A stretch of 64,000 nt of DNA from Phoronis australis (Eukaryota; Animalia; Phoronida). The stretch is from the NCBI GenBank assembly GCA_002633005.1, contig NMRA01000143.1, positions 5,402 through 69,401 on the forward strand. The letters run 5' to 3'. A program made the position numbers and the translations under genes. Under the pieces are notes generated by a model. The model was not told where the DNA came from and searched no databases. It was given only the letters and a program-made list of their open reading frames with translations. Below are positions 12,392-23,790 of this stretch, piece after piece. How positions within the stretch are numbered: the first letter of the stretch is position 1; every line of letters begins with the position of its first letter.

Positions 12392-13149
12392 GTAAGTTGC
12401 TTGTCAAATCTCTCATGAAGAAAGGTATACACATCCTTTGATTTTCTTCTGCTGTAACTTAAAAACCTGTGCATGAATGTTTGGAAATTAATACGGAATT
12501 ATACGGAATTATACGGACGTGCTGTTAACAATGGGACGGCATGGTTGACTTTCCGGATGGTTTCAACTACTGGTGTGTTGGATAGTCGTGAAATTTTGCG
12601 AATAAGTTAATGTAACGTGGACAACAGCTCCTCTACGGATCGTCTATTTCCGTTTGACATTCTCACGTACACTACTGCATATTGTATATTAAACTTTTGC
12701 AACGTATTTGGCGGGTTTAACATTTTTGAACGAACAAATTGAAGTACTTAGGTTATCCCGTCAAACGCAAAGGTCATGTGGATAGGCACAGGTGTCTTGC
12801 CAATCGTATCCATCGCATCTCTCGTTTAATGTATTCAAAATACGTCTTAACTCATTGAGTTTGACCTTTTCGAACTAAGAATCAGTTCTCTATGTCACAA
12901 CGATGACAGCATCGCGGTACAGTGATCTATATTGAGGCTCCAATGAACAGAGCTTACATATGACAAAGGTATCATCGAATGAGCATTTTCAGATACTAGG
13001 ATTTATCCAGTGTTCTCTAAAACGCAGTAAGGAATTGTTTTTTCAAATCTTGCGCGTTTCGCATAAGGTGAGAGTAAAACTAGACTTGTTAATGTTTAGT
13101 AGATTTCGTAGATTAATTCTTAGTTACACAACCAAGCAAAATGTTGTAC

Positions 13150-13430
13150 CTTGACAGTTTCGGTTACTCAAAGCAGCCATCTTCGGAAGCTATAGCTATT
13201 GGACACTAGATGGTGTGGTGATGTGACTGTTCATAACTGAGCCACTTTTTGTGACCCAGATAGACTCTGTTATCCGTCTGGATCTTGAGTTATTTTCTGA
13301 CTCAACAGGACGGGCGTCTTTCCAGTTAATTACATGATTACAGCCAAGGGCAGCATCAGTCACTGCAGATTTGTTAATAGTATTGACTCGTTCAGAGAGA
13401 TGGTCTCAGAATACTATGTGTACTCTGCCA
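13150..13430 (-). mobile_element. Penelope-like element relic: GIY-YIG C-terminus followed by a degenerate minimal hammerhead (13150-13189)
   Basis: Minus strand NKSAVTDAALGCNHVINWKDARPVESENNSRSRRITESIWVTKSGSVMN, then CTT-CCGAAGA-T-GGCTGC-tttga-GTAACC-GAAA-CT-GTC-AAG. Confidence 0.8.
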
Positions 13431-13811
13431 ACCTTATAATTTTTTTTAGTGACATTTAGTGGAATTGCTGCATAAAACAAGAATCGAACACTAATTTAAA
13501 AACTGCAAGTGCATTTTTGAAATTTCACTTTGAATGTACTTATTAAAAGAAATTTAGTTGTGCTGTTTGTATGAACGTACTTTCTTTTTGCTTTGTTTTA
13601 AATTACTTGAAAGTCATGGTCATGTGTCACTGGCAGAATAGAACCCAAAACTTAATTCTACTGACTTTCTACTTTCCGAAAGCATACATATTACTTTTAC
13701 TGTGTTAAGTTATGTATTTTTCAAAATGCACAGACTTGTCAATAACGGTCACCTATGGTCAGCGTTAAATAGCACCTCAGCAAACTTATTATTGTCTTGC
13801 TTTTTGTGCAG

Positions 13812-14059
13812 GTAACCGGCCACCTCCACGCGCTCGCGGGCGCCAGACGCGCCAGCAAAAGCCGCCTCGTTACAGCAGCCAACAGGGGTCCTCACAGGCC
13901 TCATCGCAGTTCCACAGCCAGGACGGAGGCGGGCCATCGTCACAGCCATACAGCCAATCGCAGGGTCCACTGACGCAGAACCCCATGACGATGAGTCAGC
14001 CATACCCAGGCATGAGTCAGCCAGGTCTGACAGGGTTGTCACAGCCAGAACTGTCGCAG
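13812..14059 (+). CDS. UPF1: UPF1 SQ-rich exon, intact
   Basis: gcag|GNRPPPRARGRQ..SQQGSSQASSQFHSQ..MSQPGLTGLSQPELSQ|gtcagt. Confidence 0.88.
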
Positions 14060-14840
14060 GTCAGTCCAGGATTGGGCAGGATAGGGCTGTACACATGCTC
14101 CTCTACACCATCAATTGTGATGGAAGTAATACATCTGCTAGTACTCATGCTCCTAAAACACGCCCCAAACTTTTGCTAATTGGTTTTTCCAATAGAGGCA
14201 GGGACTGTCGATTTTATGTATTGAGCTCTTGCTGATGTTGAACGTTTTCTCTGCTGACTTTTTCGGCAGCATCACAGCAGTATTCCAGACACTCACTGCA
14301 TTTAGTCCAATGAAGCACGAATTTGAAATAATGTCTGGTTGAGCTGACAAGGTTATGAGACAAATATTACAACTGTGAATTCAAGAAATATGGAGACTGC
14401 AAGATATGTAGCTGGGGGATAAAAATGTATTTTTTGATTGTGTGACCAAAATGGCGTTTAGAAGAGCATTAAAAATTTTGTGTGCCCTTTTGTCACCCAT
14501 ATACTGTAAACTTTGCTCCTCGGATTTTAAACGTGCGCCATTGCCGAGAAAATGGATTCACTTATGCACTTTTGAACAACCTAATGTATTATGATGTGTA
14601 CGCCAGTCTTTGTTGTTATTTTTCTGTTTTTTTTATACTTTAGTCTTCATTTTGGGTTAATAGGGAAATTTCTTATTGTGGTTGAAAGCAGTTTGTTTTG
14701 GTGTGTCACTAAACCTGACATTCACAGTCTATTTTCTGTACTCGACTGTATCAATACAGAAAATAAATAATTGTGAATGTTATAAGCACTGTTAGTGTTG
14801 GTCTAATAGTATTAAGGTATCTGTTGTTGTGTGTTTATAG

Positions 14841-14972
14841 GATAGTTACCTTGGCGATGAGCTCAAGTCGCAAGCTGACCTGATGCTCTCGCAGGACTCT
14901 ACCTACCAGGGAGACCGCGCTTACTATCAGTCGCAGCCTCTGTCCCAGGGTGCACCGTTCTCGCAGTACTAG
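14841..14972 (+). CDS. UPF1: UPF1 terminal coding exon, intact
   Basis: atag|[43 protein letters not shown], matching the conserved UPF1 [12 protein letters not shown] tail. Confidence 0.93.
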   Translation, partial: DSYLGDELKSQADLMLSQDSTYQGDRAYYQSQPLSQGAPFSQY

Positions 14973-16056
14973 AGCCGGACATGTCATCGCCGCGACCTTC
15001 ATGATGCGGCGAACGGTCGCTGGCTCGGAGCAAGGCAAGATATGAGAGAGAGTGCGACAGCGAGAGATTGAGACCACCATCAAAGTCACGAGGATCAGAC
15101 GGACGGTTCATCGCTGTACCAGCGGCCCAGGAGCGGTTGGCACGGCCACTTGGTCATAATTTGTGTTTGACTGAAAACACAGAGGCCAAAAGTGGAAATT
15201 GTCGTGTTTTCTCACCGTCGCCCGTTGTGATTGGTCCAGCTGGAGGCCATCTTACACGTGACGTTCGATCCATCCCGTGCAGAAGTTCTCGCCACAATAT
15301 TATAAGTACTACAAAGCTAAGAAGCAATTCCAAAGGGTTTGCCGTGATGTAAGGTTTTTCCAAGCCACTGCAGGTTATCCGTATGTGGCGTGGCTGTTGT
15401 CTGGTCATCTCCATCAGTAAAGTAACCCCAACAGGCAGATAAAGAGAGAGAGAGACTGTATGAGATGCTGCTATGAAAGTTGATGCTTGTCCTTGTGTTG
15501 ATTTGTTCAACACTCTAACACAGGATAAGACATTGACACCACAGCTGCTTGTGTTCCAATTAAGTCATTCTGTTGAACTATGACCTGTAGATTGTCTGCT
15601 ACTTCAGGAACAGTTAGCTGACATTGGCGAATTGTGCGTTATTGGCAGTGTGTGCAGAGATCTAATTCGACAGCAGTGTCAGTTTGGGCCACACACGTCA
15701 TTGAGTTCACCAACCATGGGTCGTGTCATTGTAGCCTTCATGTCATAAACAGATTGGCTTGTGACATGACGCCAGCTTTACTCTCGACATCTGCTGGGTG
15801 TCCATTCGGTCCGCCATATGTAGCCCAAGGTTTGGTGTTGCTTTGGTTCTATACTGTATGTCTCCACGTATTTGTCCCAAGTTTAGGTGTGGTGGTATAA
15901 TTTATTTGGTTATTATAGTAAAGAAAACTTGTGTGTTCACTTTAGCCCATGCTTTATTGGTTTTCCTCTAATGTGTGAATAGAAGTCCTTGTGGGCATTC
16001 CCTTAACTTCAATTCCCCAGTGACAGTTTATGAAATGTTCTAGGTGTGTGAAATTC

Positions 16057-16062
16057 AATAAA
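16057..16062 (+). terminator. Candidate poly(A) signal of the UPF1 copy
   Basis: AATAAA followed about 15 nt later by a GT/T-rich tract (gtttttgttggttctcttgtgtg). Confidence 0.55.
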
Positions 16063-17568
16063 TTTATACTCAAAACGTTTTTGTTGGTTCTCTTGTGTGG
16101 AGTGTTTTATGACAAAGCCCTGGCTTCAAACCGACTCCTATTGGGTGCGATTGTCCCTCCTTAGAGCTATATCTCACTTGAATTCGTTTTCCCACTCGAA
16201 TGTTAATCCTCGAGAGTACGGAGCAAGACAACCCGCTTGTGTGATTCCGTCGGCAGCGTCACCAGTTGTCATCAAATCCAATGACGGGCTCATTGTTACC
16301 GTTTATACATTTGCGCTGATTTCTAGAAAGGTAGTTTACAGCTTAGTGAAGATTTTGCCTCGTTATTTGCAGTAAATTTGCAACAAACTACGATTCATGG
16401 GCGGCGTAGCCCTGAAAAAAGTGGGGAGCTATATAGCCCCCTATGGTGCACAGCCCGTGCGATTGTCTGACTTACACTTCAAGCCTTCCTCGAGGGAATT
16501 TTTTGTGGTTCTCTATACTAACGGTGCCCCAAAAATAAACCTAGTAAAAACTAATTCCAGAACACTAGGTAGTGCGAAGTGTAAAAGCTACGGTTGTCCT
16601 ACATTGTGTCCCACTAGCATTGCTTGCTTACTTAAACAAAGGCGTGTTTCGTTGAGCTTGGAACACTTACAGTGGCGATCAACGCATGTGGCAGACGTCA
16701 CTGTACGCCAGAGCACACGTCAGAAAAAGCAATCCCAAGGACGTGTAAAAACATATTTAGGACACTCTGAAACTTTATTTTCCTTTTTTAGACCACCTGG
16801 TATGAATTGTGCAACAACAGGATGTACCAAAAATGTATTTACTCTTCAGCACAACAGAGGGACTTCAAACTCGGCAGTTCCTGTGTATCTGGNCTTTATT
16901 TTCCTTTTTTAGACCACCTGGTATGAATTGTGCAACTACAGGATGTACCAAAAATGTATTTACTCTTCAGGTCAACAGAGGGACTTCAAACTCGGCAGTT
17001 CCTGTGTATCGGGCTCAGCGAAGACGTTTTAACGTTAAAAGTTTAGCGGGTAAGTGTTCGCCGACGAAGTAAGTGAGGCGTCGACTACCAAACCCGATAT
17101 TTGTCAAATTCATAATACGTCATAAACAAATTAAAGGTGCCGCAGTAGGTCCCTAATCAGAGGTGAGCAGGTGAATGTAGGTGATTGGATGGGCACATAC
17201 AGAACCTGTAGGATTTTGTCATGGGTGGTTAGGGAAGTAATAAACATGAGATAGATATGCTGAAGAAGAGGTAGGAGCAAAAGTGGGGCGGGCGTCCCTC
17301 AAGCAAAAGGCCATTGCAGGCGGAGATAGCNCCCCCCCAATATTCCAGGTGTTAATCAAATTAATTAATGATTAACTATTAAAACTTTCAACACACACAC
17401 ACTTTGTTTTAAAATAAAATTTAAAAAGTGACAAACTCCAACCATCAAATGTTTCCTACGCCAATGTCGAAAAACTGCCCTCTTACGCCATTCACACCTT
17501 ACGACATACCACATTCAAGCAAGGGCTCTGTGCCCAATTACATGAAACAGTCACAAAATGTGACTCAA

Positions 17569-17720
17569 CAGTGGCAGATCCAGGATATAAGGGTTGAGAC
17601 CGGATCAAAGATTTTTTAAAAGGGTGGTCAGAGTCAACAAAATTCTAAATTTGATATCAATAAATCACAGGAAAACGGGGGTACCGGACCCCTTTGTCCC
17701 CTCCCCTGGATCCGCCTGTG
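17569..17720. mobile_element. Short non-autonomous TIR element (CAGTGGC.GATC...GATCCGCC ends); related copies at 24515-24713, 39385-39532, ~42230-42373, ~55420 and 62276-62596
   Basis: Inverted termini cagtggcagatccagg / cctggatccgcctgtg; same terminal motif recurs across the window. Confidence 0.6.
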
Positions 17721-20434
17721 CTGAACTGAGTTGCCTAAATCTTTTGTGTACTTTTTCGTTCTTTCACTCACAGCTGTTACATTTTTCTGGCATTTTATCT
17801 GCCTTACGAGCTCCGTAACTAAAACTGAGCCCTTAGGAACTTAGTCCTTGAATTACGAACTCCTCTTTTACTTATGACGTTTTCTAGCAATGTAACTAAA
17901 ACTGAGCCCTTAATTCAGTCAAAATATTTCGGGACTTAGTCCTTAAATTACGAACTCCTCTTTTACTTATGACGTTTACCTAATTCAGTCAATAATATCG
18001 AGAATTCAACGTAGAAAACTCGCATATACGCCGCAGTAGATTTAGGGAACATAGTGGAACCGCTAATTGGGTCTGTTTCATGCACTCAGACAGGCCCTGG
18101 ACTCCCAGCATCCGTGCCTGATGGCATCTGAAATGGGTAGTGAATTGGAGGTTTGTTGTGGTGAAAGAAACCGGGGTAGGGAGTTGAAAATCAGCAAGAG
18201 ATGGAAATCCTGCCTGTAGTCCAATAAATCTGTCACGTACTCATAAAACATCCGAGATAACAATTGAATACACAATCCATTTAGGGTAGTTTTTACGATG
18301 CTTTGTCTGTATGGGATCACAAGAAATAATACGGAATAAATAAAACACAGCAAATAAATAAGAATACATAAATAATAATAAATAAACAATAAACCGTAGA
18401 TAAAACAAATTTATGATAACATAACAATAATATGATTAGTAAATAAATTGTAATAAGAACTATAATTATCTTTTAGATCGCAATGTATTAAGACTGCAGA
18501 ACGAAATGAAAGAAAAAGAAGTTAGAAACATCAAGGAGTATTAGAATAAACTAATCAGTAGTTCTCAAAATCATGCAAACTATTTACGATAATTTTCTAA
18601 ATAAGCGATCAAATATAGGGAACAGTAAAGACAAATTAAATTCAAATCACCCAGCCCGTCACTGGTTGACTGGCATCAGTTTCACGCAAAAAAATCATTT
18701 GTTTCGATCGTGAACAACATTTATCTTAATCAGTAGGGAAACGAAAAAAGCAAAAGTCACGAATTTTCAATTAACTGTAGGCAGTGCAAAAGGCACTGTT
18801 GCTTTTTACCGGCCGTAGACGTCAGGTGGAAACTCAAAAACGTTACTCGACATTCATCCCACGGTAATGATTAAGGGTACGGTAGTACGTAGTATTTATT
18901 CTGGATTAAAGATTGAACTCTTTTTGATGACCTTCATCATTTTAACAATCAACCTTGTTCCCAAATCGATAAATAAGGCAGTTATTGTCATTTGAAGTCT
19001 AACCAACGCTGTGAGTAACGGTTAATTTTCGTCCCTAGGTCTTCGCGATCGTATTGCTCCATGCGTTTAGTTTCTGTGAAATATTATCGGGAACACTTTT
19101 ATTTACGTATTAAGATATATCAGAAAATGCAATTATTTGTAAATTAAATAAGGAGACTTTAAGACATCAATAAACAAATGAAAAAATAGGAAAAATCAAT
19201 AACCTAATAATTAAATTATACAAAAACAAGAAAGATAAACATGAGAAAACAGAATAGGGCCGACGACAGACAAACAAAGTACCAAGAAGTGGACTTACAC
19301 AGCTCTGGGTCTTGTAAAGATAAGTTTATAGACACTAATACATACGAAGAAGTCGGAAGTACGATAAATTGGATCGTAGTTGTTAAGTATGAAGAATGCT
19401 TACAGAGAGTGGTGTTGTGTTTTATTTAGAACAGATAGTGGCATAAGGTTGTAGATAGCAATACGAAGAATTTCAAATCTGATGCATGTTGTTAATGACA
19501 ATTTGTTGGATGAGGAATTGAAATGTTGGGCAGTACTGTTGGAATAGAGGCATTGGATAAATTTGATTCAAGTACATAGGAGTTGTAATGTGTCTGGTTG
19601 GTTTATAATAGATCCGTCTAATACAGAAGTTGCTTGTGTAGAATGCTTAGGTAGCCCTAATACCAACCTTGACACTGCCGCAACATCAGTTCCAAATGCA
19701 CCCAGTAAGACATAATTTGATGCTTATGTCATTATTCACTAATTCCGTTTCAGTGAATAATTTTAAAAACATCGCAGGACAGTCGGAAGCTGATAACTTT
19801 TTTCAGTGGTTTTTCTTGTGGACGAACACCAATGGTATGAATAAAATTAAAGTAGAGACTGGGCTGCGTTCCGTAACCACAAAACACTCAAGGGTTAAAC
19901 AAGTGGGACCACGAGCTGCGTTTGTTAATGCATGGCGATGGTTTGCGCGATCTTGATTTTCTCTCTAGAACTTGCTCTACAGAACACAAGCGAGTTTAGA
20001 GTATTTTAAGTGAAAGTGATATTGAATAACTTGATAATGTTACTTTTCTGTGTTTTGGCGCTGTAGCAGCTGACACAAAGTCGTCCGTGGTGGTCAAATG
20101 TGACGGCCGTAGGTTGCAAAATGTCCTTCTTCGACAACACAGCACGATGGAATTGGCCGTTAGGAGTGAGTGAGATTATTCCATCACTGCATGCAACATN
20201 CAGGACAGTCGGAAGCCGATAATCTTTTTCAGTGGTTTTTCTTGTGGACAAACACCAATGGTATGCATAAAATTAAAGTAGAGACTGGACTGCGCTTCCT
20301 TAAACACACTCAAGGGTTAAACAAGTGGGACCACGAGCTGCGTTTATTAATGCATGGCGATGGTTTGCGCGATCTTGATTTTCTCTCTAGAACTTGCTCT
20401 ACGGAACACAAGCGAGTTTAGAGTAAATATTTTT

Positions 20435-22309
20435 TTAAGTGAAAGTGATATTGAATAACTTGATAATGTTACTTTTCTGTGTTCTGGCGCTGTAGCAGCT
20501 GACACAAAGTCGTCCGTGGTGGTCAAATGTGACGGCCGTAGGTTGCAAAATATCCTTCTTCGACAACACAGCACGATGGAATTGGCCGTTAGGAGTGAGT
20601 GAGATTATTCCATCACTGCATGCAACATAAATAAAATCACGTTTGTCCACACATACACCTGCAACCTGTCCGGGGTTAGTGTACATTGTAACTAGATCAC
20701 CATGCCTGTCTATAATGAAGACCGTGTTTAGTTTAGTGTCTGAAACAATGATGTCGTCTCTACCATTAACTGCCAGATCAAATGGTCGTTCAAAAATATT
20801 CCTTCCTTTCTCGTCTCTGTCGACCTCCCATACCAACTTTCCAGAAGGTGAGTACAGTTGCACGCTCGATATTTGGTCAGGCGAGTCAACGGTCACTACT
20901 AACTGGTTCTTGGAGGTCAGTGCCAGACCGAACGCACGTGCTTTGACTTTCATCAGTTGAGTCTGTCCGTCAGCACAGTACGTCATGACCCCCGCACAAC
21001 AACTGACCTTTATACTGCCATCTGGTGACTGGATACATTTAGCTGGATATACTGCTCTTTTATTAACAAGAGGCTCACCCAAAGTCTCCCCTTTACTGTT
21101 GTATCTCTTCACCTTGTTATTCCGCATATCCACCGCCAGTATGTCACCGTTGGGGAGCACGTGTACCCCCTTAATGTTTCCAACAATCTTCTCACCGGTC
21201 ATCCGGGTATCGAACTGCAACACGCATTGAGCTACGCCTCCCAACATGGCGCTGACCTTCTTGATGTCATCAGGCTTGCACTCTGCAAGGAAAGCGGGGA
21301 CATATCGCAGAGCTATTGGTTCAGGAACACTTTGAAGATCGTTGTCTATTTCGCTTTTCTTCATTTCGTGTGCTAATGACTGCTCTAACTGCAAAGTCTC
21401 CATTGCCGTGCCGTGCGAAATGGCCTGCGATAGTTTTAGCTGTAGATTCTTTAGATAGTCAGATTTTACTTCAGTTTCCGATTTCAGCTCATGTCGTTTT
21501 AATCGATTCTCGTCATCAAGTCTCTGCAAACGTTGGGTGTCACTTGCGATTAATTTTTCCATCAACGTTTGGTAGTATGTTTTTATAGCCAGTTCTTGCT
21601 CTGACAAGATCATATTTGAAATGTCGTTATTTTTTTCAATCTCTTCACGGTGCTCCGTTAATTTATTCACTTTGTCATCTACTCGATCTAATATCCGAGA
21701 GAGGTTTTTCTTGGCCTTCTCCTTGGCATCAGAAATCGGGCATCGACTTTTACCGCTGTGACTACAACAAGACAAATTTACACAGTCTATACACAAGAAC
21801 AATTTGCATTCATTGCAGTAGTATTTATACCGATCGTTGTGACGTGTACACTTTGAACTCTGGAGCTCTCTAATTCCGTCACCATGTTTGCCTTCGCGAG
21901 TCTCCTGTAAACCAACAACCTGATGAAAAAGCTTATGAGTCTGGTGTTGAACCAAGCATGCCTCGCAAAACTTCTTCCCTTCGCACGTGATGCACACGAA
22001 GGTAGACACGCCATCTTGGCAGGTGGCGCACGAGTCATCAGCGCTGTGTTGCTCTATAAGGTCTAACAAATTCCTAACCATTCTACTGCACCCAATCACA
22101 GCGACACCTTTTTCTGGAATTTGCATTTCCTGTCGGCATATTGGACAAGCGTAATTGTTGTTTCGTGCTCTTCTTTTGACGTCATCCTGGAGACATTTCA
22201 AACACAAGTTATGACCACAGGATAATGTTCTTGGATGTTTTAATGTATCTGTACAAATGCAACATTCCAGAAGGTTGTTAACGATTTCATCTTGCAGACT
22301 TCTGGCCAT
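20435..22309 (-). CDS. TRIM-NHL-like E3 ligase (RING, B-box1, B-box2, coiled coil, NHL beta-propeller), 624 aa, single coding exon
   Basis: RING C.IC..CGH.LC..C..CPIC; B-boxes CATC..CITC..FCEAC..H..H and C.RH..YCNEC..LC.DC; NHL repeats such as RPFDLAVNGRDDIIVSD and PTAVTFD; acceptor tttgtag 5 nt before ATG. Confidence 0.93.
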   Translation of the reverse strand: MARSLQDEIVNNLLECCICTDTLKHPRTLSCGHNLCLKCLQDDVKRRARNNNYACPICRQEMQIPEKGVAVIGCSRMVRNLLDLIEQHSADDSCATCQDGVSTFVCITCEGKKFCEACLVQHQTHKLFHQVVGLQETREGKHGDGIRELQSSKCTRHNDRYKYYCNECKLFLCIDCVNLSCCSHSGKSRCPISDAKEKAKKNLSRILDRVDDKVNKLTEHREEIEKNNDISNMILSEQELAIKTYYQTLMEKLIASDTQRLQRLDDENRLKRHELKSETEVKSDYLKNLQLKLSQAISHGTAMETLQLEQSLAHEMKKSEIDNDLQSVPEPIALRYVPAFLAECKPDDIKKVSAMLGGVAQCVLQFDTRMTGEKIVGNIKGVHVLPNGDILAVDMRNNKVKRYNSKGETLGEPLVNKRAVYPAKCIQSPDGSIKVSCCAGVMTYCADGQTQLMKVKARAFGLALTSKNQLVVTVDSPDQISSVQLYSPSGKLVWEVDRDEKGRNIFERPFDLAVNGRDDIIVSDTKLNTVFIIDRHGDLVTMYTNPGQVAGVCVDKRDFIYVACSDGIISLTPNGQFHRAVLSKKDILQPTAVTFDHHGRLCVSCYSARTQKSNIIKLFNITFT

Positions 22310-23012
22310 AGTGTCTACAAAGACATAATTTCAAGAGTAAATAAAATGAAGTCACTCGCATTTCTTTGTTTAGGTATAAGTTCACAAACAAGAATCAACC
22401 AGTAACGTAATAACCAGGGGACCTGAATCCGAGCAAATGTCTGACGAGAAATGCGCCGTCACTAGACATTGAACATCGTCACCCTTCTAATGGGAGCAAC
22501 AACCATTGATGAGCATTGATCAACATCTTTTTATGCTTGGTTGGGGACCGTTTATCCTGAGGCAGTGCCTACATTAATTTTGTTTTGGTCGGGCTTTGTT
22601 CTTTGTCGATCACCATCAGCAGCAGTTTCTTCTGTTTTTTTGAAACACAATCGTCAGACATTTTCCTGCTTGAACCGGAGATGAAAGTAAATTTACATCG
22701 TGTCTCAACTGAAAACACACCCGAAACTGTGGGAGGTTAAAATCCTGAAACATTTGGTTTCATTTTTGACAAGAATAGTCTGTTCAGTGACAAATTTTCA
22801 AAGTACTCGTGTAAATTGGAGATAGCAAAACACTAGTTGAAATGAAATCGCTTACATCCGAAAAACGATAGTTGAAAGTGCTATAGCGTCATTACTCTGG
22901 AAAAGTGTTTCGCTACGGAAATCTAGGAACCTTGGTTCTTCGTTAACGGACACGTTTATGAAGTAATACATAAATATTATAATAGCGAACAATGTTTGAA
23001 ACTTAGTAGACC

Positions 23013-23024
23013 AGTTTCAGTTTC
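23013..23024. promoter_or_regulatory. ISRE-like IRF-binding motif upstream of TRIM copy 1
   Basis: AGTTTCAGTTTC matches AGTTTCNNTTTC, about 700 bp 5' of the ATG; short motif, function inferred. Confidence 0.35.
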
Positions 23025-23382
23025 TAGACGGCAAAGGCAAAAATGAAAAGATATTTTATAGATAAATCAATTTAATCTTTTGACAAATGGAGTTGTTGCT
23101 TTGGACTTAGGAAAATAAAACTCCATGAGGTGAACTTTGAAGTCAACATAAATTGATTGACATAAAATTCTTACAGTGTTTGAAATTAAATTAGCGAAAA
23201 CTCAATAAGCACTTCTTCAGAATTTGACCTGATTTGATTTGCCTTTAAGTTTAGTTTGTACAATCGAAAAGCAGCACATGGGAGCTATTTAAGCAAATAA
23301 ACCAAGGAATCAGTAATAGTTTCAGTAAATGAACAACATATCAAGATGCACGTCGCCAGGATATCATCAGGTCCACGTGGTC

Positions 23383-23790
23383 CATACATACATACATACA
23401 TTTGTACATACATGCATACATACATTTGTACATACATACATACATACATTTGTACATACATACATACATACATACATATATTTGTACATACATACATACA
23501 TACATTTGTACATACATACATACATACATACATTTGTACATACATACATACATACATTTGTACATACATACATACATACATTTGTACACACATACATACC
23601 TACATTTGTACACACATACATACATACATTTGTACATACATACATACATACATTTGTACATACATACATACATATATTTGTACATACATACATACATACA
23701 TACATACGTACGTACGTGCGCGCACGCATATATATATATATATATATATGCGTGCGCGCACGCACGCACAGACACAAACACACACATAAA
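23383..23790. repeat. Compound microsatellite: (CATA)n with periodic TTTG, then (TA)n and CA/CG repeats
   Basis: Directly visible. Confidence 0.97.

Larger units (their letters stand above)
6598..14972 (+). pseudogene. UPF1: Partial (5'-truncated) intron-containing UPF1 / regulator of nonsense transcripts 1 copy
   Basis: Eight exon segments match UPF1 from AGLS.SL.ERL to the terminal SQY*; the first two have a stop and frameshifts; no N-terminal CH domain or Walker A exons seen in the window. Confidence 0.9.

Noticed and set aside
6598-14972. Complete functional UPF1 gene
   Set aside because: N-terminal portion not found in the window and the first two exons carry a stop and frameshifts
20006-20251. 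Separate short NHL-only gene
   Set aside because: Near-identical duplicate of the TRIM 3' end across a single-'n' join; probably an allelic overlap artefact
20643-21873. Plus-strand ORFs over TRIM genes (also 52243-54114)
   Set aside because: Antisense shadows of the real minus-strand CDS
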